Position numbers and translations under genes: made by a program. DNA of 32,000 nucleotides from Thermoproteus tenax Kra 1 (GTDB taxonomy: Archaea > Thermoproteota > Thermoprotei > Thermoproteales > Thermoproteaceae). The notes below the pieces were generated by a model. That model did no database searches, was not told the origin of the DNA, and saw nothing but the letters and a program-made list of their open reading frames with translations. Where the stretch lies: positions 780,001-812,000 of the forward strand of contig NC_016070.1 in the NCBI RefSeq assembly GCF_000253055.1, written 5' to 3'. How positions within the stretch are numbered: position 1 is the stretch's first letter; every line of letters starts with the position of its first letter. Shown piece after piece: positions 23,692-32,000 of this stretch.

Positions 23692-25922
23692 TGAGCTTCC
23701 TTTCGGCCCTTTTGGGAGATCCCGGCAGGGAGGTCGTTTACGTAAAAACGGAGAGCGCCGAAACTCCAGAGACTTGTTGCCCCGTAGAGTCGGTGCTAAG
23801 GCCTGAGGTCGCCGAGGCGTTCAAGAAGAGGGGAATAAAAACACTTTATCAGTTTCAATATGACGCGGTTCAGAGCATTAGGTCGGGCAAGGACACTGTT
23901 ATAATCGCGGGCACCGGCTTGGGCAAGACTGAGGCTTTTGTGGCGCCCATATTGGAGGAAGCGCTAGACACATTCAGAACTCCGGTGGCCCTAGTTGTTT
24001 ACCCCACAAAGGCGTTAGCGAGGGATCAGCTCTCACGCATACGCACTCTCGCCGATCAACTCGGCGTAAGAGCTATGGTCTACGACGGAGATACATCGCA
24101 GAGAGAGCGGCGCTTGATATACGAAATGCCGCCTCACATAATCGTGACAAATCCAGACATGGTGAGCCAGGCGTTGATGCACGTACACAAGTTCCGCCAA
24201 CTCGTATCAAGGATCAGATACCTGGTCCTTGATGATTTCCACGTGTACAACGGAGTGTTGGGTTCCCATATGTATTACCTTATGAGGAGGCTCTCCCGTT
24301 TCAGCAGGCCGCAGTTCATCGCCACTTCGGCCACGCTGGGCAATCCTCTGGAGTTCGCATCACAGCTCTTAGATAGAGAGGTAAACGTAGTGGAAGGCCC
24401 AAGGGGGCGCAGAGGCGAGCTCGTACAGATCTTAGTCAGACCCCGCTTTAGGTCGAAATGGCTCGAGGCGGCACACCTAGCCAAATTATGCATAGAGGGC
24501 GATATGAAGTGTCTCATTTTTGCAGACAGCCATAGATACAGCGAGATGATATACAGAGCTCTAAAGTTAAATGGTCTAGCCGACAGAGCGGCAGTACACC
24601 GAGCGGGGCTAAGCGCTGAGGATAGAGGCCGGGTCGAGGACGCTTTCCGCGAAGGTACTATCGATGTGGTTATAGCCACCCCCACTCTGGAGCTGGGGAT
24701 AGATATAGGCGACATCGACGCTGTAGTCCTAGCCACAGTTCCGCCTACTTACAACCGATATCTCCAGAGGGTGGGGAGAGTTGGAAGAAGGGGACAGACC
24801 GGATACGTCGTCCAGATACTGGGCAACGATCCTATAAGCAACTATTACAAGAACTACCCCCAGGAGTTCTTCTCAAGATCGCCTGAGCCGTTGGGTCTAG
24901 AGCGGGAGAACGACGACGTAGCATCCCTCCACATCTTGGCCATGGCCGCCGATAGTCCCATCAAGGAGGGCGAGTTAAGCGGCTATATGTCGTCGGTGCT
25001 CAGACGGTTGCACGAGGAGGGCTATCTGACTAAGACGGGCAAATTCTACAGAGTCACGGGGAGGGGCCGGCGGATGTTAGAGGATCTCTCGCTTAGAGGG
25101 AGCCCCCAAGTTGTAAAGATAAAGGCCTCAGACGGAAGAGTGTTGGGCCAAAGGGAGCTCCCTCTGGCTCTCTACGAGCTCCACCCCGAGGCTATATATA
25201 TGCACGGCGGAGCGACTTACCTCGTAAAATCTCTAGACATAAGCAGAAGAATCGCCTCAGTCGAGCCCATAGAGGCCAACGATCTTATGACGCAAGCTCT
25301 GGAGGAAATGGAGCCGCATATGGAGGAGGTTCTAGAGGAGGGCAAGGTCTATGGAGTGCCGTATCAGTACGGCAGGCTGAGGATAAAGATCACTGTGTAC
25401 GGCTATGCCCTAAAGCGGTTCACTACCGAGGAGACCCTCGCGGAATACACTATTGAGCCGATCTCTTACGAGTTTAATACGAAGGGTGCCGTCCTATTTA
25501 TGCCTTCCTTGAGGTTCAGCCCTAACGACGTCATAGATTGGGAGGAAAGGGCGAAGGCATACCACGCCACAGAACACGTAGTGATCTCGGCGGCGGAGAT
25601 CTCTGTGGGGGCCGCCAAGACGGATCTCGGCGGCATCAGCTATCCCGACGGCGTTATAGTAATATACGACTCTCACGTGGGAGGCAACGGCACAAGCAGA
25701 CTACTCCTCAGGAACTTTAGGAGGACTCTTGAGGTGGCCTATAGAATAGTGAGGGGGTGCGACTGCATAGACGGATGTCCCAAGTGCGTCTATAGCCCCT
25801 ACTGCGGCAACAACAACAAGATGCTCTCGCGCAGAAACAGCATAAAGGTCATTGAGGCCGTCTTGGCAGGTAAGCAGGAGCTACACATAGGGGAGCTTCC
25901 AAAGGAGAAGGGCATCGTCTAG
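23691..25922 (+). CDS. MrfA/Hrq1-like superfamily 2 helicase with C-terminal Cys4 (DUF1998) module
   Basis: Walker A IIAGTGLGKTEAFV, motif II YLVLDDFHVYNG, motif III ATSATLGN, motif VI GRVGRRG, C-terminal RGCDCIDGCPKCVYSPYCG. Confidence 0.93.
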   Translation: MSFLSALLGDPGREVVYVKTESAETPETCCPVESVLRPEVAEAFKKRGIKTLYQFQYDAVQSIRSGKDTVIIAGTGLGKTEAFVAPILEEALDTFRTPVALVVYPTKALARDQLSRIRTLADQLGVRAMVYDGDTSQRERRLIYEMPPHIIVTNPDMVSQALMHVHKFRQLVSRIRYLVLDDFHVYNGVLGSHMYYLMRRLSRFSRPQFIATSATLGNPLEFASQLLDREVNVVEGPRGRRGELVQILVRPRFRSKWLEAAHLAKLCIEGDMKCLIFADSHRYSEMIYRALKLNGLADRAAVHRAGLSAEDRGRVEDAFREGTIDVVIATPTLELGIDIGDIDAVVLATVPPTYNRYLQRVGRVGRRGQTGYVVQILGNDPISNYYKNYPQEFFSRSPEPLGLERENDDVASLHILAMAADSPIKEGELSGYMSSVLRRLHEEGYLTKTGKFYRVTGRGRRMLEDLSLRGSPQVVKIKASDGRVLGQRELPLALYELHPEAIYMHGGATYLVKSLDISRRIASVEPIEANDLMTQALEEMEPHMEEVLEEGKVYGVPYQYGRLRIKITVYGYALKRFTTEETLAEYTIEPISYEFNTKGAVLFMPSLRFSPNDVIDWEERAKAYHATEHVVISAAEISVGAAKTDLGGISYPDGVIVIYDSHVGGNGTSRLLLRNFRRTLEVAYRIVRGCDCIDGCPKCVYSPYCGNNNKMLSRRNSIKVIEAVLAGKQELHIGELPKEKGIV

Positions 25923-26003
25923 TCGAGACTCCCAGGTGTAAAGTTGGGCTGTTTCATACTTTTTAATCGTTGGGAAAAGTTCTGCGTTTTGGCGTAAGCA
26001 GAA

Positions 26004-26013
26004 GGCTTAAAAT
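26004..26013 (+). promoter_or_regulatory. TATA box upstream of the structured RNA candidate
   Basis: gcttaaaata, ~24-28 nt before 26034. Confidence 0.5.
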
Positions 26014-26033
26014 ACGTGTAGATGTCCATCTGC

Positions 26034-26225
26034 GGCGGTGAGGGGCAGTCCCATGAGGGGCTCTGCCCCGATCAGGTCTGTCCCGGCTCGAGGAGGGGGC
26101 CGCGCCGTTCCTCCATGCCTGATGACCCTGTGCCGGAGGTAGCCGGGCTGCCAATTAAGGCGCAGGCGAGGAGGAAACCCCTAGGCGTGAGTAGCCAACA
26201 ATAATCAACGATGACCGCCTAGGGG
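26034..26225 (+). ncRNA. Highly structured non-coding RNA candidate of unknown class
   Basis: Putative terminal pairing GGCGGU (26034-26039) with ACCGCC (26214-26219); internal helices GGGGCAG/CTGCCCC, ATCAGG/CCTGAT, GGAGG/CCTCC, GGTAGC/GCTGCC, and 10-bp CCCCTAGGCG/CGCCTAGGGG. No plausible CDS. Confidence 0.5.
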
Positions 26226-26232
26226 CAAACGG

Positions 26233-28623
26233 CTAGCCTAGCCAGACCAAGCCTTCCTCATCGATCTGCTCCCGTCCTCTGCCTGCTCTCACGGCTCTCA
26301 CCTTGTGAGTCAGACGTAGATCCTCAGAGGCTTGAAGGGCTTGTTCGGGGACGTAGAGATCAGCATCTAAGGGCGCGGCCAAGCTGATGCCCTTGCTGTT
26401 CTTATATTTCCACACGGCCTTGTTTATCTTCTCGGCCAGAGCCAACAGAGAGTGATCGCCTTGCCATTCGGCGGGAGGATCGTCGATTAACTCCCTATGT
26501 ATACTCCTCCCATAGAGCTCTCTCCAGACCTTGTCGGTGACGAAGGGCATTATTGGGGCCAAGAGCTTTAGCCCGTACTTCAATGTTGCGTATAGAGTGT
26601 AGATAGCTCCATTCTGCTCCTCTTTAGAGAATATCCCCTCTCTGTTGTAAGCTCTCGACTTCACGAGCTCTATGTAGTGATCGGCGAACTCGTGCCATAT
26701 GAAGTCGTATAGAGTCAGGGCGGGGACGTAGACGTCGAAGTCAGTATACGCCTTGATGACGGTCTCCGCCACGGCGTACGTCTTGGCCAGCATGGCCCTG
26801 TCTATGGGCATCAGCTTGTACGACGCCGGTTCCTCGAAGCTTGAGACAAAGCGCGATATGTTCCAGATCTTGGTCACGAAGTCTCTCCCCTCCTTTATTA
26901 GAGATTCCAGATATCTGTAGTCGCTGCCCAGCTTGGCGGCCGCAGCGGCCCAGAATCTGACGGCATCGGCGCCATACTTTGTGATAGGAGGCATGGGGTC
27001 TATTATATTTCCCTTGGACTTGTGCATGGCCTCCCCCCTCTCGTCTAAGCCCATTCCGCTGATCCTGACGTACTTGAACGGAAGGTTGTTGAAGAGCAAG
27101 TACGCCCTGAGTAGGGAGTAGTAGAGCCATGTGCGTATTATCTCATACCCCTGAGGCCTCAATATCCTATCTGGGTAAACTCTCTCGAAGATGCCGAGCC
27201 CCTTTGTGTAGCCCGACGCATACATCCAACTTATCGAAGAGTCGAACCACGTATCCAACACCCGCGTATCGCCGACCAGCTCGCCATCTGGACACTTAGC
27301 TTTAATCTCCGGAGGCGGCTCATCGCGCCAAGGCCTATAGTATCTTCCGCCATCCGGCACTATAGGCTCCACGGAGTCCCCCCTCTTACAGTACCATAAG
27401 GGCACCTCAGTGGCGTAGTACCGTCTGCGGGATATAGGCCAGTCGAACTCAAGGGACTTTATCCAGTCCTTCAACACGCTTTTAAACTCAACTGGTCTGA
27501 ACTCCATCTTGTCTACCATCTTCAACAGCTCTTCCTTGAACTTAAGTTGATGTACGAACAACTCCCTGGTAGTTATTATCTCTAGCGGGGTGCCACAGCG
27601 CCAACATACAGGCACGGTGTGTGTCAGATGCTCCTTCTTGATCAAGAGGCCCGCCCTCTCGAGATCCTCAATTATCTTGGATCTGGCCTCCTTAATCGAC
27701 AGCCCAGCGTAAGGCCCCTCCTTGATTATCCCGCGTTCGTCTATGATGACCTTTATGGGCAACTTGAGCTCATTTACTATGGCTAAGTCGCGCGTATCTC
27801 CAAAGGTCGAGATCATAACGAGGCCGGTGCCGTACTTGGGGTTCGCCGCAGGGTGGGGCAGGATGGGCACCTCCTGCCACATGGGCGGAACAAGGGCGTG
27901 TAGGCCTTGTAGTCTCTTGTAGCGTTCGTCGTCGGGGTTGAATATCACGGCGACGGTCGCAGGGAGGAGCTCTGGACGGGTTGTCGCAATGACTATGTCC
28001 TCGCCGGTCTCTTTGACTCTGAACTTAATATAGTTTAAGTAAGTCTCGCCCTCCTTATACTCCACCTCGGCCTCCGCCAGCGCTGTGCGGCAACGGGGAC
28101 ACCAGAGGGTGGGCCTCTCTGCCTCATAGATGAGCCCCCGCCTCCACAAATCTATAAAAGTCCTCTGGGTCATAGCCCTATACTCCTCGCTGTCAGTGCC
28201 CTTGTCCCAGTAGGTGAAGGACATCCCCCACCGTCTAAACACTGTTATGAACTCCTTCTCTAAGTTGTCGAGCTCAGTCTTACACATCTCAAGGAACTTC
28301 TCTCTAGGCACCTCGTGGGCGTTTATGCCGTACTTCTTTTCAACTTGCACCTCGACGGGCAGGCCGTTTCTGTCTAAATAGAAGGGAAATATAACGTTGT
28401 AGCCCCTCATTCTGTAAAACCTAGCGACCATGTCTATCTGCGCGTAGTGCGCAGCGCCCCCTATGTGGGGCCTTCCGGACGGATAGGGTGGAGGCGTATC
28501 TATTACGAGGATCTTCCCTATGTCGGAGTTGAACCTAATAGCGAAGAGCCCCTCTTTTTCCCAAGCGCGTATCATCTCCTCCTCCCACTGTAGATTCCAT
28601 CTAACATCCTTAAGCCGCGACAT
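26233..28623 (-). CDS. valS: Valyl-tRNA synthetase
   Basis: DTPPPYPSGRPHIGGAAHYAQ (HIGH-equivalent), HKSKGNIIDP (KMSKS-equivalent), LDTWFDSSISW, 796 aa archaeal type. Confidence 0.94.
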   Translation of the reverse strand: MSRLKDVRWNLQWEEEMIRAWEKEGLFAIRFNSDIGKILVIDTPPPYPSGRPHIGGAAHYAQIDMVARFYRMRGYNVIFPFYLDRNGLPVEVQVEKKYGINAHEVPREKFLEMCKTELDNLEKEFITVFRRWGMSFTYWDKGTDSEEYRAMTQRTFIDLWRRGLIYEAERPTLWCPRCRTALAEAEVEYKEGETYLNYIKFRVKETGEDIVIATTRPELLPATVAVIFNPDDERYKRLQGLHALVPPMWQEVPILPHPAANPKYGTGLVMISTFGDTRDLAIVNELKLPIKVIIDERGIIKEGPYAGLSIKEARSKIIEDLERAGLLIKKEHLTHTVPVCWRCGTPLEIITTRELFVHQLKFKEELLKMVDKMEFRPVEFKSVLKDWIKSLEFDWPISRRRYYATEVPLWYCKRGDSVEPIVPDGGRYYRPWRDEPPPEIKAKCPDGELVGDTRVLDTWFDSSISWMYASGYTKGLGIFERVYPDRILRPQGYEIIRTWLYYSLLRAYLLFNNLPFKYVRISGMGLDERGEAMHKSKGNIIDPMPPITKYGADAVRFWAAAAAKLGSDYRYLESLIKEGRDFVTKIWNISRFVSSFEEPASYKLMPIDRAMLAKTYAVAETVIKAYTDFDVYVPALTLYDFIWHEFADHYIELVKSRAYNREGIFSKEEQNGAIYTLYATLKYGLKLLAPIMPFVTDKVWRELYGRSIHRELIDDPPAEWQGDHSLLALAEKINKAVWKYKNSKGISLAAPLDADLYVPEQALQASEDLRLTHKVRAVRAGRGREQIDEEGLVWLG

Positions 28624-28701
28624 AACGGTAGGACGATTCAGCCACCTTTTTTAAAGTAACTTCAGAGAGAAAGATTTTTAAAAACGGCATAGTGGGTTCC
28701 G

Positions 28702-29364
28702 ATGCTAAATCGTGAAATTTATTTAATTGTAAACAACCTCGGCGGGAGAATAGGCGAGTTCCTCATTGAGCTCAACTATGATCAGCCCGGCATCTTGGCC
28801 GCGCTTTCAAACGTCTTTGCCGACAACAACGCCAACATATTGAACATAGCTCTGGACTCGGGCCGCACGAAGATGCACTTCATCGTCGACATTACCTCAG
28901 TTGAGGAGCAGGATCTAGAGGATCTTCCCAAGAAGCTCGGCATGTTCGCGTTCACTAAGAGAGTCCACTACAGATATGTGTCTAAGAGGATCTTTGTGCC
29001 CAGGTGGATAGTTCACGTAATAAACAACGAGCCGGCTCTAGCTTTGGAAAGAGACTTTGTCGCCAAAATAAACGATCTCGAGAGGCTCGCTGTGGATATA
29101 GCGAAAAGGGACGCGGAGATTATAAAGTCGGCTTTGCAGAACGGCGATATCGACGAGCTGAGGGAGGCCGTCTATATAGTCCAGCTCCGTGGACTGGCCA
29201 CCGTCCAAGAGGACGCCAGCACTGCCAACGTGGTCAATGTGAAGTACTGTAGAACGATCTATCCGATGTTCAGGAGATATATCGAGACCCTTATCTCCTC
29301 GATCTCCAACAGAAGCTATAGGCTAATCGACGAGGGCGCGTGCATCAGGCTGCAGATAGCTTGA
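28702..29364 (+). CDS. ACT-domain-containing protein with helical C-terminal domain
   Basis: LIELNYDQPGILAALSNVFADNNANILNIALDSG; TATA-like atttttaaaaac upstream. Confidence 0.7.
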   Translation: MLNREIYLIVNNLGGRIGEFLIELNYDQPGILAALSNVFADNNANILNIALDSGRTKMHFIVDITSVEEQDLEDLPKKLGMFAFTKRVHYRYVSKRIFVPRWIVHVINNEPALALERDFVAKINDLERLAVDIAKRDAEIIKSALQNGDIDELREAVYIVQLRGLATVQEDASTANVVNVKYCRTIYPMFRRYIETLISSISNRSYRLIDEGACIRLQIA

Positions 29365-30327
29365 AAGATGCCTTAGATATTCGTCCAGTAGGCCGGCTTT
29401 AGCAAACAACTCACAGACGCGGCATATCTCTCTGGACGACGGCGCCCCGCAGTATTTACATCTGGCGTAGCTCCCCCCGCGCAATTCCATTAACTCTCCC
29501 AGTTGGCGGCCCACGCTGAGCAAGTTGTATTTTACAGTGGGCATCCTCCTCTCGAGCTCGGCCAATGTGAACTTGAGGTCGTAACGGGGGTTAGTATAGA
29601 CATAGGGGCACTCGAGCTCCATTAGTGGTACGTTGTTGTAATGGGCATAGAGGGCGATCTCCTCCTCCCTGATATATTTAAGCGGCTTGATTCTCCTGAT
29701 CAAGTCCTTTTCCTCAGCGTCATCGCCTAAGTTGAACCACGCGAAACGCTTTAGATTGCCCATAAGCACGTTCAATAAGACAGTCTGGGCCTCGTCGTCG
29801 AGGTTATGGGCAGTGGCCACCTTAGTCCACCCCCTCTTCTTCCCTATTATATTCATGGCGCGCCGCCTCAACACCCCATCTATCGTACACATATGTATGT
29901 CGGGCTCCATCTTCCATATCCTCTCGGCAATCTCAAGGGCGGTGAACCCGAACACCTCCTTGAACGTGTAGACAGTATATGGTATATCGTATTTTTGCGC
30001 TAACTCTCTGACTACGTCCGCCCTCCCCATTCTGTAGAAACAGCTATAGGGATGTCCCTCATTTATAGTGAAAGCCTCGAACTCAACACGAGGGAAGTGC
30101 CCCCTTTTACGCAACTTCCCGAGTACGTCCAAGAGCACGAGGCTATCCTTGCCTCCAGATATCGCTATGGCAACCCTGTCGCCGGAAATTATCATCTTTT
30201 CCTCCCGGATCGTTCTCAACACCTTCTCCTCGATGGATCTGAACAAACAACTGAGACAGAGCTTCTCGCCGCTACTCCTTCGGAGAAACTGCGCTGGCCT
30301 TCTACCGCAAGACGTGCACAGATCCAC
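29323..30327 (-). CDS. ttuA: TtuA/Ncs6 (TtcA)-family tRNA 2-thiolation protein
   Basis: MDLCTSCGRRPAQFLRRSSGEKLCLSCL, VAIAISGGKDSLVLLDVL (PP-loop), ATAHNLDDEAQTVL, CKYCGAPSSREICRVCEL. GTG at 30327 preferred over ATG at 30399. Confidence 0.88.
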   Translation of the reverse strand: MDLCTSCGRRPAQFLRRSSGEKLCLSCLFRSIEEKVLRTIREEKMIISGDRVAIAISGGKDSLVLLDVLGKLRKRGHFPRVEFEAFTINEGHPYSCFYRMGRADVVRELAQKYDIPYTVYTFKEVFGFTALEIAERIWKMEPDIHMCTIDGVLRRRAMNIIGKKRGWTKVATAHNLDDEAQTVLLNVLMGNLKRFAWFNLGDDAEEKDLIRRIKPLKYIREEEIALYAHYNNVPLMELECPYVYTNPRYDLKFTLAELERRMPTVKYNLLSVGRQLGELMELRGGSYARCKYCGAPSSREICRVCELFAKAGLLDEYLRHLSSYLQPDARALVD

Positions 30328-30336
30328 GACCAGCGC

Positions 30337-30362
30337 TCCCTGCCCTAAAGGGCGAGGCTTGC
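30337..30362 (-). repeat. Third copy of the AARCCYCGCCCTTTAGGGC hairpin motif
   Basis: Minus strand AAGCCTCGCCCTTTAGGGCAGGGAGCG, matching the two motifs near 14210 and 14430 in sequence and orientation. Confidence 0.75.
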
Positions 30363-30373
30363 TGTTTGTGACG

Positions 30374-30580
30374 TCATTGGAGGTGAGGTATGGCGCCATG
30401 TTTCTTCTCCACTTTATCTATCTGAACGGTGTATGTATCGAGCCGCGTCCGGAAGATGTAGAACACGGTGCCACAGTTCTTACACCTAGCTATCATTATC
30501 GTGTTCTCGGGCCCCTTATATCTATAGGTGTGGGGCGGCGGCATCGCCTCCCAGTCCGGCAAATTGCACACTGGGCACAT
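30374..30580 (-). CDS. Small zinc-ribbon protein
   Basis: MCPVCNLPDWEAMPPPHTYRYKGPENTIMIARCKNCGTVFYIFR; internal ATG preferred over 30715, which would overlap divergent thyX. Confidence 0.65.
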   Translation of the reverse strand: MCPVCNLPDWEAMPPPHTYRYKGPENTIMIARCKNCGTVFYIFRTRLDTYTVQIDKVEKKHGAIPHLQ

Positions 30581-30644
30581 TATGGACACAAAGTTTCCCG
30601 ATTGCCTATTATTTGTTTTTAACTGATGACGAATAATTACACTT

Positions 30645-31379
30645 GTGACGACGTCCGTGAGGTTTGTAGACCCCTCGGTACGTCTGGTCGGCCATTGGGG
30701 CTCCGAGGAGCTCATCTCCTCGTTTGTGGACGTCCTCTACAGAGGAGAGGAGCGGGCGCAGGATCCGGCCACTGTGGCCAAGAGGATAAAGATGTTCTAC
30801 CGTCTGGGCCACTGGTCAGTCTTCGAGTTCATGGGGGCCCAGTTCCTCGTGGAGTGCTCCCGCGCCTGCCACACCCAGTTCATAAGGCACAGGCTCGCCT
30901 CCTACTGGTCCGAGTCGCAACGCTATGTGGACTACGCCAAGAGGCCGATTAGGTTCATAGTGCCCAAGGGGTTCCCGGAGGAGGCGCTGAGGAGGGCCTA
31001 CGAGGACTACCTCAAGCTCAGAGAGCTCTACCCGCCCGAGTACGCCAGAATGGCGTTGCCCAACGCAACCGCGGTGAAGTTCGCCGTCCAGATGAACGCC
31101 AGAGAGCTCCTTCTGAACTTCGTCCCACTGAGGTGCTCGGCCGCGGCCCAGGCCGAGATCAGACACATCTGTTGGCAGATGTTCGCCCACGCCTGGCGGC
31201 TGTGGCCCACGCTGTCCCGCCTCGTCTGGGACGACCTGCCCAACCTCCACAGGGACTTCTGCACCAAGGTGCCCAAGGGCGAGGACTGCCGCCTATATGC
31301 CATAAGAGACGCTGAGGAGAAACACGGCCAGTTGCCCGAGAAGCCGTGGCTTCAAAGGGCAAGCGTAGAATACTTATAA
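30645..31379 (+). CDS. thyX: FAD-dependent thymidylate synthase ThyX
   Basis: HTQFIRHRLASYWSESQRYVDYAKRP (ThyX motif), RNELLLN-like ARELLLNFVPLRCSAAAQAEIR. Confidence 0.95.
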   Translation: MTTSVRFVDPSVRLVGHWGSEELISSFVDVLYRGEERAQDPATVAKRIKMFYRLGHWSVFEFMGAQFLVECSRACHTQFIRHRLASYWSESQRYVDYAKRPIRFIVPKGFPEEALRRAYEDYLKLRELYPPEYARMALPNATAVKFAVQMNARELLLNFVPLRCSAAAQAEIRHICWQMFAHAWRLWPTLSRLVWDDLPNLHRDFCTKVPKGEDCRLYAIRDAEEKHGQLPEKPWLQRASVEYL

Positions 31380-32000
31380 GAGGCCTAGAGGCTGGGGCTG
31401 CCTACTTGGCATATCTTCTAGCTAAGTCGGGGGACAGAGTCGTCATTGAGACAAAGCGACCCCACGACGTGTATATATACGATCTATCGCCCCCGCGCCC
31501 GCTCTTTACGTTGAAGTTTTTGAACGACGTGGTACTGGCGGATATAGTTGATTCGGCCGACGCCGATAAGTTCGAAATAGTTGTGGACTCCTGCGACATC
31601 GACGAGCATAGCGTCTTGAAACTCTACGAGGGCACGGGGTCTGTATATATAAGAGGAGATCCCTGGCTCTCTGCAACTGTGTCCCTATGGAGGGGGGCCC
31701 CCGCGCCCTCTGCGGTCGACCTCCCGCTCGAGAAGACGGAGAAATACGAGGAGGTCGACTTAGAGGTGGAGAGATACCACGGAGCCAGCTATACACTCTG
31801 TGAGGCGGTCGACTATCCGTCGGGCGAGAAATACGTAGTGAAAAGGTCTCTCGAGAGGGTCTATATCGCGGCTGACATATTCGCAGAGCTCAAGCTAGGC
31901 CTTAGAAGACCGCCGAACCTAAAGCTAGAGTACGCAGTGGGGAAGGAGGAGGTGCTCGCGGCCTTTGGAGCTAAAGCTGTGGGCAAGTCGTCCAGAGTAT
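31346..32000 (+). CDS. Hypothetical protein, N-terminal part, runs off the window
   Basis: Open frame not listed in the track because it has no stop in the window: GTG 31346 ...RGLEAGAAYLAYLLAKSGDRVVIETKRPHDVYIYDLSPPRPLFTLKFLNDVVLADIVDSADADKFEIVVDSCDID... open to 32000; overlaps the thyX 3' end. Confidence 0.65.
   Translation, partial: MASKGKRRILIRGLEAGAAYLAYLLAKSGDRVVIETKRPHDVYIYDLSPPRPLFTLKFLNDVVLADIVDSADADKFEIVVDSCDIDEHSVLKLYEGTGSVYIRGDPWLSATVSLWRGAPAPSAVDLPLEKTEKYEEVDLEVERYHGASYTLCEAVDYPSGEKYVVKRSLERVYIAADIFAELKLGLRRPPNLKLEYAVGKEEVLAAFGAKAVGKSSRV

Noticed and set aside
26022-26204. 61 aa (+) and 63 aa (25963-26154, -) ORFs in the helicase-valS gap
   Set aside because: Low-complexity Arg/Pro/Gly-rich translations of a GC-rich structured region; better explained as RNA or non-coding.
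26034-26225. Firm assignment of the structured RNA as RNase P type T, SRP or 5S RNA
   Set aside because: Size and location are suggestive for RNase P type T, but I could not match canonical conserved nucleotides by eye; needs a covariance search.
30374-30715. Full-length 113 aa version of the zinc-ribbon ORF
   Set aside because: Its first 45 codons are antisense to the thyX 5' end; the internal ATG at 30580 gives a compact zinc-ribbon protein.
30645-31379. Multiple long ORFs antisense to thyX (30816-31250, 31028-31303, 31159-31362)
   Set aside because: Shadow frames of the well-supported ThyX coding sequence.
1-32000. CRISPR array, toxin-antitoxin or restriction system
   Set aside because: No regularly spaced repeats and no recognisable cas, nuclease-methylase or VapBC-type ORFs found.

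Overview
This 32 kb window is a gene-dense, moderately GC-rich chromosomal segment of a hyperthermophilic crenarchaeon. Gene content, AT-rich TATA/leaderless promoters and the type of genes present suggest a Thermoproteales/Thermoproteaceae member (inference). Most of it is core genome. Recognisable genes include a tungstate/molybdate-type ABC transporter locus with an embedded TrmO-like gene, Fe/Mn superoxide dismutase (split by a -1 frameshift), PEP synthase, the rps24e-rps27ae-kae1 block, a DtxR-like regulator with an NRAMP transporter, sucCD, an aminotransferase-threonine dehydratase pair, AlaX, a Fur-like regulator, an adenosine-specific kinase family protein, an MrfA/Hrq1-like helicase, valS, a TtuA/Ncs6-like thiolase and thyX. 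I found no CRISPR array, no intact mobile element and no clear multi-gene defence system. The items most worth a second look are non-coding: (1) a promoter-preceded, highly structured ~190 nt RNA candidate at about 26034-26225; (2) a C/D-box sRNA candidate at 23116-23171; (3) three same-orientation copies of an 'AARCCYCGCCCTTTAGGGC' hairpin motif, two of them bracketing a ~230 nt MITE-like element and one inside the 5' region of the ttuA-like gene, resembling IS200/IS605 end scars; (4) palindromic operator-like sites, especially TTTTAGCCTAAGCTAAAA in front of the NRAMP gene; (5) a clean one-base frameshift in sod. Coordinates of short motifs may be off by about 1 nt.
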